Source: Actinophytocola sp. (lineage in GTDB: Bacteria; Actinomycetota; Actinomycetes; Mycobacteriales; Pseudonocardiaceae). From it: DNA of 64,000 nt. Location of the stretch: the NCBI RefSeq assembly GCF_035634895.1, contig NZ_DASQCC010000100.1, forward strand, positions 333-64,332. Reading direction: 5' to 3'. A model generated the notes under the pieces. That model did no database searches. It worked only from the letters and a program-made list of their open reading frames with translations, and was not told where the DNA came from. Positions within the stretch are counted from its first letter, which is position 1. Every line of letters begins with the position of its first letter. The position numbers and the translations under genes are program-made. Shown here in pieces: positions 8,875-17,846 of the stretch.

Positions 8875-9389
8875 GAGGCGGACCTCAGGTCGTCCAGTGT
8901 GCCGCCGAGCGCCGTCCGCAACGCCGTCAGCCCTCTGGCAGTCTGGCTCTTCACGGTCCCTTCCGAGCACTTGAGCGCCTCGGCCGTGGCCGCGACGTCC
9001 AGACCCTCGAGGTACCGCAGGACGAGCACCGCACGCTGCCGCGGCGGGACCGCCCGCAGGCCGGCGAGCAGCGCGGACCTCGTCGCTACGGCGTCGCCGA
9101 TCTCGCCGTCCGTGGACGGCCGGTCCGGCAGTTCCTCGACGAACCGCTCCCGGCGCCACGGGCGCCGGGACTCGTCGATCACCGCGCGCACCAGCGTCCT
9201 GCGGACGTAGGCGTCCAGGGCCCCGCGGTCCCGGATCCTGCGCCATCGCCGGTGCAACGAGACGAACGCGGTCTGCGCGAGATCGTCCGCGCGGTGCCAG
9301 TCACCGCACAGCAGATACGCGGATCTCCGCACGGCGTCTCGCCGAGCCGCGAAGTACTCCGCGAAGTCCTCCTCGTCGCGCTGATCCAC
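8871..9389 (-). CDS. SigE-family ECF RNA polymerase sigma factor
   Basis: SAYLLCGDWHRADDLAQ, PPRQRAVLVLRYLEGLD and CSEGTVKSQTARGL. Clear paralog of 6914-7438. Confidence 0.9.
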   Translation of the reverse strand: MDQRDEEDFAEYFAARRDAVRRSAYLLCGDWHRADDLAQTAFVSLHRRWRRIRDRGALDAYVRRTLVRAVIDESRRPWRRERFVEELPDRPSTDGEIGDAVATRSALLAGLRAVPPRQRAVLVLRYLEGLDVAATAEALKCSEGTVKSQTARGLTALRTALGGTLDDLRSAS

Positions 9390-9524
9390 GCGGGCTCTCT
9401 CTGCTCGTCGTCCTGCACGTCCGGGACGGAAAGTGCGGTGTCTACGGTTGCACGACCCTTCGTTGTGACGTACGCCACCCCCTCCTGGGACGCACGGGAC
9501 GTCGCCGAGGTGCCGCCCAGGGGG

Positions 9525-10556
9525 ATGTGGTGTGATCAGATCGTGACCAAAGTGCGGGAGATCGATCTTCGTTCGGACACTGTCACCCAGCCGGACGAAC
9601 GGATGCGGCTCGCGATGTCGCGGGCCGAGGTCGGGGATGACGTGCTCGACCGGGACCCCACGATGCGGGCCCTCGAGGAGCGGGCGGCCGACCTGCTCGG
9701 CGTCGACGCGATGCTGTGGGTGCCGACCGCGAGCATGGGCAACATCATCGCGTTGACCTCACACCTGCGAAGAGGCGACCGATTTCTCGCGCCACGCCTG
9801 GCGCATGTGCTGGAGAACGAGTTGGGCACCGCGGCCTGGCTGTCCGGCGGCATGCCGGAGGCCGTGGACTGGGGCGCGTGGCCGGGGCGGATGCCGGTCG
9901 AGTCGGTGCGGGCGGCCGGGCGCGTCGGGCCCTACCACTCGCTGCGAACCACGCTGCTGTGCCTGGAGAACACGCACAACGGCGCGGGCGGCACGGTCAC
10001 CCCACCGGACGAGCACGCGAAGCTGGTCGCGACCGCCAGGGACGTGGGGCTGAAGGTGCACCTGGACGGCGCCCGGCTCTGGCACGCCTCGGTCGCGCTG
10101 TCCGTGCCGCCGGCCGCGCTGACGGTCGGGGTCGACACCGTGCAGGTGTGCCTGACCAAGGGACTTGGCGCGCCGATGGGCAGCCTGGTCGGCGGCAGCA
10201 CCGCGTTCGTCGAGGAGGCGCGGCGGATCAGGAAGATGCTGGGCGGCGGGGTCCGCCAGGGCGGGATCGTCGCCGCCGCCGGGCTGGTCGCGCTGGACCG
10301 GATCCCGGACCTGGCCGAGGACCACGTCAACGCGCGGAAGCTCGCGACCGGACTGGCCGAGCTCGGTTGGGAGGTCGACCAGCCGGAGACGAACATCGTG
10401 CTGGCGGGGACGCCGGACACCGAGGCGTCGCTCGCCGCGCTCAAACGGGTCGGCGTGCTGGCCGTCCCGATGAGCGGCAAGGTGCGGTTCATCCCGCACC
10501 GCGACATCACGGCCAAGGACATCAGCGAGGTCGTCGGCCGGATCGCCGGGCTCTAG
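9525..10556 (+). CDS. low-specificity threonine aldolase / beta-eliminating lyase family (PLP)
   Basis: IDLRSDTVTQP N-terminus, DGARLWHA and KGLGAPMGS (PLP lysine). ATG 9525 is chosen; GTG 9543 is possible. The upstream part of the listed ORF overlaps the divergent sigma gene. Confidence 0.85.
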   Translation: MWCDQIVTKVREIDLRSDTVTQPDERMRLAMSRAEVGDDVLDRDPTMRALEERAADLLGVDAMLWVPTASMGNIIALTSHLRRGDRFLAPRLAHVLENELGTAAWLSGGMPEAVDWGAWPGRMPVESVRAAGRVGPYHSLRTTLLCLENTHNGAGGTVTPPDEHAKLVATARDVGLKVHLDGARLWHASVALSVPPAALTVGVDTVQVCLTKGLGAPMGSLVGGSTAFVEEARRIRKMLGGGVRQGGIVAAAGLVALDRIPDLAEDHVNARKLATGLAELGWEVDQPETNIVLAGTPDTEASLAALKRVGVLAVPMSGKVRFIPHRDITAKDISEVVGRIAGL

Positions 10557-10729
10557 CGGATCTGCTTACGGTGCGAGCCGGCCTGGATGGCCTTGTAACC
10601 GACGAAGCCGACGGTGACGACCGCGGCCGCGACGAGCAGGAAGCCCACGACCTTGAAGATCGCACCGATGATCCAGAAAGCGGCCCAGATGACCAGGATC
10701 GCGCCGGCGATCTTGAGCAGCGTGTTCAT
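10553..10729 (-). CDS. small (58 aa) two-TM membrane protein
   Basis: ATG 10729 is preceded by GGAGGAAAG. MNTLLKIAGAILVIWAAFWIIGAIFKVVGFLLVAAAVVTVGFVGY is strongly hydrophobic. The stop overlaps the convergent aldolase stop. Confidence 0.6.
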   Translation of the reverse strand: MNTLLKIAGAILVIWAAFWIIGAIFKVVGFLLVAAAVVTVGFVGYKAIQAGSHRKQIR

Positions 10730-10848
10730 TGTGTCTTTCCTCCCCTGTACCGGGTTCACCCGGCTGAACGAACGGCGCTCGCCGCCGGTTCCTTCAGTCA
10801 ACCACCGGCGGAGCCCCGAGACATCGGGGAATTCCACCGGTCTTCGTC

Positions 10849-11991
10849 TCAGGGTGTGAGCCACTCACCCAGCCGTTCCAGGGCCGCCTCGACGTCCTGG
10901 GTCGGACCCGCGAAGGAGAACCGGACGAAACGCGTGCCCAGCGCGGGGTCGAAGTCGACGCCGGGGACGATCGCGACGCCGGTCTCGGCGAGCAGGCGCT
11001 GGCACCAGGACATGGTGTCGGTGGTCAGGTGGGACACGTCGGCGTAGGCGTAGAACGCGCCGTCGACCGGGGCGACCCGGTCGATGCCCAGCTTGGCGAG
11101 GCCGGTGACCAGCAGGTCGCGGTTGACCCGGTAGTGGTCGACGTGGGCGTCGAGCTCCGCGTACTGGAAGGCGGCGGTCGCGGCGTGCTGGGCGAGGGTC
11201 GGCGGGCAGAGCGTGAAGTTGCCGGTCAGGCAGTCGACGGCGCGCAGCAGGCGCCGCGGCACGAGGAGCCAACCGAGCCGCCAGCCGGTCATGGCGAAGT
11301 ACTTGGAGAACGAGTTGACCACGATGGCCTCGCGGGAGAACTGCCATGCCGAGGCCGGCGGGTCGGCCAGGTACGAGATGCCGTGGTAGATCTCGTCGCT
11401 GACCAGCTGCACGTCGTGGTCGGCGCACCAGCCGGCGATGGCGGCGAACTCGCCGGTGGGCAGGACCGTGCCGGTCGGGTTGGCCGGGGACGCGATGATC
11501 AGGCCGTCGAGCCTTCCCGCTCGTGCCAACATGTCGACGGTGGGTTGGAAGCGGGTCTCGGGACCGCAGGGCAGCTCGACGACCTCGCAGCCCAGGGTCC
11601 TGAGGATGTTGCGGTAGGCCGGGTAGCCGGGACGGGCCAGGGCGACGCGGTCGCCGGCGTCGAAGGCCGCGAGGAAGGCCAGCAGGAAGCCGCCGGACGA
11701 GCCGGTGGTGGCGACGACGTCGCTCGGGTCGACGTCGAGGGCGTACCTCTGGTCGTAGTGGTGGGCGATCGCCTCGCGCAGCTCGGGGATGCCGAGCTGC
11801 TCGGTGTAGCCGAGGTAGCCGTGGAGCGACTCGGCCGCCCTGTCGAGAACGGCGCGTGGTGCCGCGGCCGACGGTTGCCCGGCGGCCAGCGACACCACGT
11901 CCCCCTGTGCGCGCTGCCGGGCGTTGGCCGCGGACAGCACGTCCATCACGTGGAAGGGTGGGATGTTTGCGCGAGCGGCGACGTTCAGCAT
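10849..11991 (-). CDS. class I/II pyridoxal-phosphate-dependent aminotransferase
   Basis: SFSKYFAMTGWRLGW (PLP-Lys) and ASPANPTG. ATG 11991 has an AAGGGTGG RBS; GTG 12000 is an alternative. Confidence 0.9.
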   Translation of the reverse strand: MLNVAARANIPPFHVMDVLSAANARQRAQGDVVSLAAGQPSAAAPRAVLDRAAESLHGYLGYTEQLGIPELREAIAHHYDQRYALDVDPSDVVATTGSSGGFLLAFLAAFDAGDRVALARPGYPAYRNILRTLGCEVVELPCGPETRFQPTVDMLARAGRLDGLIIASPANPTGTVLPTGEFAAIAGWCADHDVQLVSDEIYHGISYLADPPASAWQFSREAIVVNSFSKYFAMTGWRLGWLLVPRRLLRAVDCLTGNFTLCPPTLAQHAATAAFQYAELDAHVDHYRVNRDLLVTGLAKLGIDRVAPVDGAFYAYADVSHLTTDTMSWCQRLLAETGVAIVPGVDFDPALGTRFVRFSFAGPTQDVEAALERLGEWLTP

Positions 11992-12002
11992 GGTCACCAC
12001 CC

Positions 12003-13445
12003 TTACACGGCCGCGGGCACCAGCTCCTCCTCCTGTGCGACCTTCGGTTGGCGCAACACGGTGACCGCGAGTACGACCCCCAAGGCGACGAGCCCGGCGG
12101 CGATGCCGAACGCGAGGTGGAAACCGCTGGTCACCGCCTCGGTCCGGCCGATGCCCTCGGCGAGCAGCCCGTTGGTGTGAGCCGTTGCCACCGTGGCGAG
12201 GACGGCGAGCCCGAGCGCGCCACCGACCTGCTGGGTGGTGTTGACCAGGCCGGACGCGACGCCGGAGTCGTCCCTGGTGGCGTCGGACATGGCGAGGGTC
12301 ATCATCGCGGGGAAGCCGAGGCCGGCGCCGATGCCCAACAGCGTGACCGCGGGGAAGACGTCGGCGAGGTAGCCGGCGTCCACGGGCGCGCGGGTGAACA
12401 GGACAAGGCCGGCCGTGACGAGGACGAGCGCCGCCACCAGGACGTTCCGTTCCCCGAAGCGGGCGTTGACCCGCGCGGAGACACCGAGCGACAGCCCGCC
12501 GATGCCGACGGCGACGGGCAGGAACCCGAGGCCGATCTGGAGTGGGTCGTAGTGCAGGACCTTCTCCAGGTAGAGGGCGCCGAGGAAGAACATGCCGAAC
12601 ATGCCGGCGACCAGGAGGACCTGGATGAGGTTGGCGCCCGCGACGTTGCGGCTGCGGAGGATGCGCAGGGGCAGGAGCGGGTTCGCGCTGGTGGCCTGGC
12701 GGGTGACGAAGCCGGCGAGGAGTGCCACGGACGCCGCGCCGACGAGGAGCGTGTGGGCGGAGCCCCAGCCGTAGTCGGCGGCCTTGACGATCGTGTAGAC
12801 GCCGAGCATGAGACCGGTGGTGACGAGGAGGGCGCCGAGGACGTCCGCGCCTTCCTTCAGTCCGATGCCCTGCTCGCCGGGGACCCTCCGGACGGCCAGC
12901 AAGGTGGTGAGGACGCCGATCGGCACGTTGACGAAGAAGATCCAGTGCCAGCTGATGGCCTCGGTCAGCACGCCGCCCGCGAGGAGGCCGATCGAACCGC
13001 CGGCCGCCGCGACGAAGCTGAACACGCCGATCGCCCTGGCCTGCTCCCCCCTGCCGGGAAACATGGTGACGATCATGCCGAGAATGACGGCGGCGGCCAT
13101 CGCGCCACCGACCCCCTGGACGAACCGCGCGGCGATGAGCAGTCCCTGTGTGGTGGCGAGGCCGCAGAGCAGCGAGGCGGCGGTGAAGACCGCGATGCCG
13201 CCGAGAAACATGCGCTTGCGACCGACGAGGTCCCCGGTCCGGCCGGCGAGGAGAAGGAGACCGCCGAAGGGGATGAGGTATGCGTTGACCACCCAGGCAA
13301 GCCCCGACTGGGAGAAGCCGAGGTCAGCCTGGATGACGGGCAGCGCGACGTTGACGATGGTGCCGTCGAGAATGATCATCAACATCCCGGCGCACAACAC
13401 GACGAGCGCGAACCACCTGGAGTCGCGCCTTTCGTTCTGGGACAT
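12003..13445 (-). CDS. MFS transporter, DHA2 (EmrB/QacA-like, 14-TM) family
   Basis: 480 aa, many TM segments, an LPVIQADLGFS-type DHA2 N-terminal motif and an AGRTGDLVGRKR loop. Confidence 0.9.
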   Translation of the reverse strand: MSQNERRDSRWFALVVLCAGMLMIILDGTIVNVALPVIQADLGFSQSGLAWVVNAYLIPFGGLLLLAGRTGDLVGRKRMFLGGIAVFTAASLLCGLATTQGLLIAARFVQGVGGAMAAAVILGMIVTMFPGRGEQARAIGVFSFVAAAGGSIGLLAGGVLTEAISWHWIFFVNVPIGVLTTLLAVRRVPGEQGIGLKEGADVLGALLVTTGLMLGVYTIVKAADYGWGSAHTLLVGAASVALLAGFVTRQATSANPLLPLRILRSRNVAGANLIQVLLVAGMFGMFFLGALYLEKVLHYDPLQIGLGFLPVAVGIGGLSLGVSARVNARFGERNVLVAALVLVTAGLVLFTRAPVDAGYLADVFPAVTLLGIGAGLGFPAMMTLAMSDATRDDSGVASGLVNTTQQVGGALGLAVLATVATAHTNGLLAEGIGRTEAVTSGFHLAFGIAAGLVALGVVLAVTVLRQPKVAQEEELVPAAV

Positions 13446-13584
13446 GTGGAGCCGCCTCCTGAGCGTTCAAGTACAGGAGAGACCGTAGCAGATAGTCCCG
13501 AAGCGGACGATCCAGTGTGGGATTGCCTACATCGAGACGAATCTGAGGACACACGTCTCCCACGTCCGCAAGGGGGACCCCTGG

Positions 13585-13615
13585 TTCCACACTATCGGCA
13601 GGCACCGACAAAAAC
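13585..13615 (+). repeat. intergenic repeat module, copy 3 (TTCCACACTATCGGCAGGCACCGACAAAAAC)
   Basis: Aligns with 1219-1249 (about 23 of 29 positions). Preceded by GGGGGACCCC. Lies in the 370-nt MarR-MFS gap. Confidence 0.6.
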
Positions 13616-13816
13616 GGGGCCCGAGCTGCACGAACGGACCGTTCGCGCGGACGACATCGAAAAAGTCTCCATTCGCGCGGCGCCACGGACCGGTGCGCGG
13701 TTCGCCGCGCGTTGACCTGATGCGGCGGTACTCGCGGGCGGTCTCTTGCGGCGGCACCGGCATGAACCGCGACCCGTTGACCACGGCGGTGCGCAGGCGG
13801 GACGGCGCCGTGTGGG

Positions 13817-14263
13817 TCACATGCGACGGCGGGGTGGGCGTTGGCAGGCGACCGGTGTGGAAAGGCGGCCCTCCACCAGGCGGGTCAGGCCGGCCACGAA
13901 GCCCTCGCGTTCACCGTCCGGCAGCGCCGCCAGAACGTCCTCGTGCACGCGGGACACCACGTCCTTCGCCGAGGCGTGGACCTTCCGGCCCAGCTCCGTC
14001 ACCACGATGATCCGCGCGCGGCGGTCCGTCGCCGAGGTCTGGCGTTCCACCAGCCCGGCCTTCTCCAGCTCGTCGATGGTGACGACCATCGTCGTCTTGT
14101 CCAGTTCGCAGATCTCGGCCAGCTGGATCTGCGTCCGCTCGCCGGCCTGCGCCGCGGACAGCACGCAGCTGGCCCGCGGCGTGATCCCGAGGCCGGCCAG
14201 CTCCGCGGTCAGCTCGGTCGACAACACGTGACTGGCGTGGGAGAGCAGGAACGAGAGATCCAT
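13817..14263 (-). CDS. MarR family transcriptional regulator
   Basis: Winged-HTH core TQIQLAEICELDKTTMVVTIDELEKAGLVERQTSATDRRA. Lies upstream of, and co-oriented with, the MFS gene. Confidence 0.9.
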   Translation of the reverse strand: MDLSFLLSHASHVLSTELTAELAGLGITPRASCVLSAAQAGERTQIQLAEICELDKTTMVVTIDELEKAGLVERQTSATDRRARIIVVTELGRKVHASAKDVVSRVHEDVLAALPDGEREGFVAGLTRLVEGRLSTPVACQRPPRRRM

Positions 14264-14317
14264 GTCGGCCAGGTTACGCCGATAGGTCTGTCAGCAGATA
14301 ATCCCGTGACGAACCAA

Positions 14318-15469
14318 TCAGTACCCGACGTACGAGCCGCCCGAGGCCGTGGCCTTGATGCCGGGCACGTTGCCCAGCGACCCGTACCTGGAGATCGCGT
14401 AGTTCACGCCGGCGCAGATGTTGTCCACCGGGTTCCAGATGTCGCCGTGGCCCGGCAGCTTGTACGAGTTGAACGTCGGGTCGATGCACTGCATCAACCC
14501 CTTCGACGGCGTGCCCTTCGCGGCGTTCGAGTCCCAGTTGTTGATCGCGTGTGGGTTGCCGCCCGACTCGTGCTGGATGATCTGCCAGATCCGCTGGGCG
14601 TCCGCCTCGCTGACGTTGATGCCCTGCTTGCGCAGCTCCTCGATGGCTTGCTTGATCCACTCCTGCACGTTCCCGGGAGGCGGGCCCCCCGCGGGCGGGC
14701 CACCGGACGAGCCCATGCCACCGCCACCGCCACTGAAACCGCCGCCACCGCCCCCACCGCCGCCGCCATGTGACGAGCCGCCGGAGTGGGCGGCGGTCTG
14801 CTGGACCGGCTCCTGGGTCTGGGTCGCGTTCGCGTTCGCCGGGGCCGTCTGCGCCTCCGGCGTCTCCTTCCACGTGACCGGCTGACCCGACTGCGGGCTG
14901 AACGGCTGCGTGTTCGGCTGTGGCAGCGTGGAGAACCTGGTGGCCGGTGACTTGCTCGCGTTGATCGTCCCGAGCGACGCGCTGAGTGTCTGCTCGGTGC
15001 TCTGGAGGTGGCTGTCGATGTCCCCGGCCGCGCTCTGGCACACCCGCGTGGTCATGGCGTCGAAGTCCGCCGTCGACGCCTTCGGGTTGTTGGTGGTCCA
15101 CGTCCGGATCTCGGTGAGCGCCTGGTCGCAGCGGGTCGAGATGTAGCTCTGCGCGCCGGTGATGGCGCCTGCGGCGTTCGTGAGCGCGGTCGCGGCGTTC
15201 GACATGGCCGTGCCGACGTCCGAGCCCGCGGTCTTGAACTTGTTCATGTACCCGACGAACTCGTCCGCGGACGTGCCCTCCCACGCCGCGTCGAGCTTGG
15301 TGACCGCGCCCGCCACCTCGCCGCTGTACGTCGAGACGTTCGTCGCGGCCATGGACAGCTTGCTCGCGGCCGTGGTGACCGCCGAGGCGTCCGCGTCCTT
15401 GATCTTCGCCACGGCCGTGGCGACGACACCGCCACCCGCGTAGCCCGCCAGCGTCTCCGCCGAACCCAC
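14318..15469 (-). CDS. WXG100-like N-terminal domain fused to a lytic transglycosylase (SLT) domain
   Basis: GTG 15469 with an AGGAGGGG RBS. The N-terminal ~180 aa are helical with LDAAWEGTSADEF (W-x-G). A Gln/Pro-rich segment is followed by HGGGGGGGGGGFSGGGGGMGSSGG. The C-terminus has IIQHESGGNPHAINNWDSNAAKGTPSKGLMQ (SLT catalytic Glu-Ser and GLMQ motifs). Confidence 0.8.
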   Translation of the reverse strand: MGSAETLAGYAGGGVVATAVAKIKDADASAVTTAASKLSMAATNVSTYSGEVAGAVTKLDAAWEGTSADEFVGYMNKFKTAGSDVGTAMSNAATALTNAAGAITGAQSYISTRCDQALTEIRTWTTNNPKASTADFDAMTTRVCQSAAGDIDSHLQSTEQTLSASLGTINASKSPATRFSTLPQPNTQPFSPQSGQPVTWKETPEAQTAPANANATQTQEPVQQTAAHSGGSSHGGGGGGGGGGFSGGGGGMGSSGGPPAGGPPPGNVQEWIKQAIEELRKQGINVSEADAQRIWQIIQHESGGNPHAINNWDSNAAKGTPSKGLMQCIDPTFNSYKLPGHGDIWNPVDNICAGVNYAISRYGSLGNVPGIKATASGGSYVGY

Positions 15470-15487
15470 CGTCGTCCCCTCCTAGAC

Positions 15488-15811
15488 CTACACGTAGTGG
15501 GGTTGCCCCTGCCCGTACCGGTGCTGCCCCTCGTCCTCGACGTTCTGGACGGTCCGCAGTACCGCGTCGAGCGCGCCAGCCACCCCGTTCAACCGGTTCT
15601 CGGCGGCGTCGAACTCGTCATGCATGACGTCGTTGAGCGAGTCGAGCGCGGAGGCCAGCCCCGCGGAACTCGGCAGCTTGCCGAACGTGCTCGCCGACGT
15701 CGTGGCCGTGCCCCCGTCGGGAAACGAGTCGGAGACCGAGCCGAACTTCGGCTTGTAGTCCTGTGCCTTCGAGATGAGGCCGTTGATGGCGTCGATGTTG
15801 TACTGCGTCAT
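15488..15811 (-). CDS. small helical protein, EspC/DUF2580-like ESX-associated candidate
   Basis: ATG 15811 with an AAGGGGTGGG RBS, 107 aa. The pattern TFGKLPSS..L..L......F..AE..L..V..AL..VLRTVQNVEDE resembles ESX-1 secretion-associated (EspC-like) proteins. Recognition is weak. Confidence 0.45.
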   Translation of the reverse strand: MTQYNIDAINGLISKAQDYKPKFGSVSDSFPDGGTATTSASTFGKLPSSAGLASALDSLNDVMHDEFDAAENRLNGVAGALDAVLRTVQNVEDEGQHRYGQGQPHYV

Positions 15812-15877
15812 GTCCCACCCCTTCGCACCCCGTCCGACGGCCACGAGCCAGCCGCGGTTCCCTCAACTTTATGCCGG

Positions 15878-16645
15878 TCAGACCTCGGCCATCAGCTCTT
15901 CGACACAGCTCGCGAGGCGGCGTCCGTCGGCCGGCGTGACGGTGCTCCACATGCGGCCGTCGTTGTTCGCCCTGGCGAGATGGACATACCGCCCGTTCGG
16001 CGTGTCGTGGAAGGCGACGACCCGGTCGGCGCGGAGCATCCGCTGGTCGCGCTGCATGCGGGTGACGCCGAACTGGCCGCGCACGTTCATGTCGCGCACC
16101 ATGTCGGCCATCGTCTTCGCGTCCTTGCCCGCGACACCCCGCCCGGTCAGCTCGGCCGCGAGCAACCGCACGTCACCACGAGCCTCGGCGTCCGCGGCGA
16201 CGAGCACGTCGGTCGGCACGCTGACCGACAGCCCCGGCCCGGCGACCACGTCCCCCGCGATCGACACGGCGGCGTCGGCGATGGCGGTCTCGCGTGCGGG
16301 AATGAGCCAGACCTCGGGCCCGTCGACGGCGGCGAGCAGCGCGGTATGGCCCGCGACGACCGCGAGCGAGGAGATGCGGTGGTCGGTCCACACCCAACTG
16401 TCGATGGAGAGTTGGTGGTGGGCAAGCAGGTTCAGCTGGTCGACGAGCTCGGGCACGGCCCGGTCGCGCTTGGCGAGCCCACGCGCCTCGAGATCGTCGA
16501 ACGCCTTGCGGACCAGCTGGCGACGTTCGGTGTGGGTGCGGCCCGGGCTCGGCACCGTGAGCGCCTCATGTTTTGCCGGGAGCCCTTCGGACTCCCAGAG
16601 CACGTCGAACTCGAGCTTGGAGAGGACGATGCTGCCCCTGCTCAT
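15878..16645 (-). CDS. EspG family ESX secretion-associated chaperone-like protein
   Basis: The N-terminus LSKLEFDVLWESEGLPAKHEALTVPSPGRTHTERRQL matches the characteristic start of actinobacterial EspG-family proteins. The start codon abuts the PPE-like gene stop (0-nt gap). Confidence 0.7.
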   Translation of the reverse strand: MSRGSIVLSKLEFDVLWESEGLPAKHEALTVPSPGRTHTERRQLVRKAFDDLEARGLAKRDRAVPELVDQLNLLAHHQLSIDSWVWTDHRISSLAVVAGHTALLAAVDGPEVWLIPARETAIADAAVSIAGDVVAGPGLSVSVPTDVLVAADAEARGDVRLLAAELTGRGVAGKDAKTMADMVRDMNVRGQFGVTRMQRDQRMLRADRVVAFHDTPNGRYVHLARANNDGRMWSTVTPADGRRLASCVEELMAEV

Positions 16646-17836
16646 CTACCCCTCATCGTCATCCCCGATGGACTCCGGCGCGACGACCCGCTCGTCGTCG
16701 AACACGTCGCTCGACTCGACACCGTAGCGGCGAACGTGCTCCAGGTCCTCCTCGCCCTCTTCCTTCCGGCCGGCGGCCGCCGGCTGCATGAGCGAGCTGC
16801 CGGGCCGGCCGCTCTTGGCACCGAACCGCTCGGCGTTGCGCGCGGCACGGGCCTCCTCTTCCGGCGCGGTACCAAGGGGAGTGCCGTTCTTGACCGGCCC
16901 GCGGTTGGCCGTGTTACGAGAGAGGCGTTCCTCCTCTGCGCCCGCGCCGGCACCCGTGGCGCCACCGGTCCCGATGGCGGTGGCGGCGTCGGCCATGAGC
17001 AGGGGGTTGGCCGCGGCGCGAAGCGCGGCCGGGAAAGGAGCGGCGGTGTTCGGGAAGGAGGGGGCGCTGGGGAGCGGGCCGCCGCCGGTGATGGGTCCGG
17101 TGCCGACGGGCGGATTGCCGCCGGGGGTGGGGATGGGGCTGGTGCCGCCACCACCCGGTGCTCCGGGAACGAAGCCGGTCGACCCGCCCGGCGCGCCACC
17201 GGCGGGGTTGAAGTTGCCACCCGGGTTGAAAGTGCCGACGGAGGACATGTGCGTGCTGGTGTCGACGGGCTGGGCGTTGAGGTTCATGCCGGGCGGGACG
17301 GGGAGCGCCTGGGACCTGCCGAGGGCGTCGGAACTGCTGGACTGGTAGCCGTTCATGGCGTCGACGGCCTGCTGCCGGGAGGCGTTCGTGTCCTTGACCT
17401 GTTGGGCGTGGTCGGTCGTGTGACCGAGGAAGCCCATGAACTGGTCGAAGCCGTTCTCGTCGGTGGGGCCGTTGAGCGAGCCCGCGTCCGGGGCATTGTT
17501 CTTGCCGGTGGAGAAAGCGGCGCCCTGGGAGTCGACACCCTTGGCGGAGTTGTCGACCGGGCCCTGGGACTGGTCGGCGTAGATGCTCGCGTCCTTGGTG
17601 GCAGACGTGCCACCGTCAGCCGCCTCACCCTGCCAGGTGACGCCGATGTCAGCGAGTTGCTGACGAAGCGCGGCATCCGTGTCGGAAAGGCCGTCGGAGA
17701 GCTTCATCAACGCCGTGACCGCGCTGTAGAGCGTGGAAGGGCCAGGTCCGTTACGCAGCCCGGTCACCTGCTCGGCGAGCGCGTGGTTGTCGTATCCGTC
17801 GAAACGCAGGTTACTGAGTCCGTGGTCCCCGGCCAT
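16646..17836 (-). CDS. PPE-like domain protein with Gly/Pro-rich C-terminal region
   Basis: AAGGAAG RBS. The N-terminal ~180 aa carry FDGY..L...V....GPGP, VTWQGEAAD (W-x-G) and AVDAMNGY, mirroring the PPE helical domain. The C-terminus is Gly/Pro/Ala low-complexity with an acidic tail. Confidence 0.65.
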   Translation of the reverse strand: MAGDHGLSNLRFDGYDNHALAEQVTGLRNGPGPSTLYSAVTALMKLSDGLSDTDAALRQQLADIGVTWQGEAADGGTSATKDASIYADQSQGPVDNSAKGVDSQGAAFSTGKNNAPDAGSLNGPTDENGFDQFMGFLGHTTDHAQQVKDTNASRQQAVDAMNGYQSSSSDALGRSQALPVPPGMNLNAQPVDTSTHMSSVGTFNPGGNFNPAGGAPGGSTGFVPGAPGGGGTSPIPTPGGNPPVGTGPITGGGPLPSAPSFPNTAAPFPAALRAAANPLLMADAATAIGTGGATGAGAGAEEERLSRNTANRGPVKNGTPLGTAPEEEARAARNAERFGAKSGRPGSSLMQPAAAGRKEEGEEDLEHVRRYGVESSDVFDDERVVAPESIGDDDEG

Positions 17837-17846
17837 AGCTACTTCC

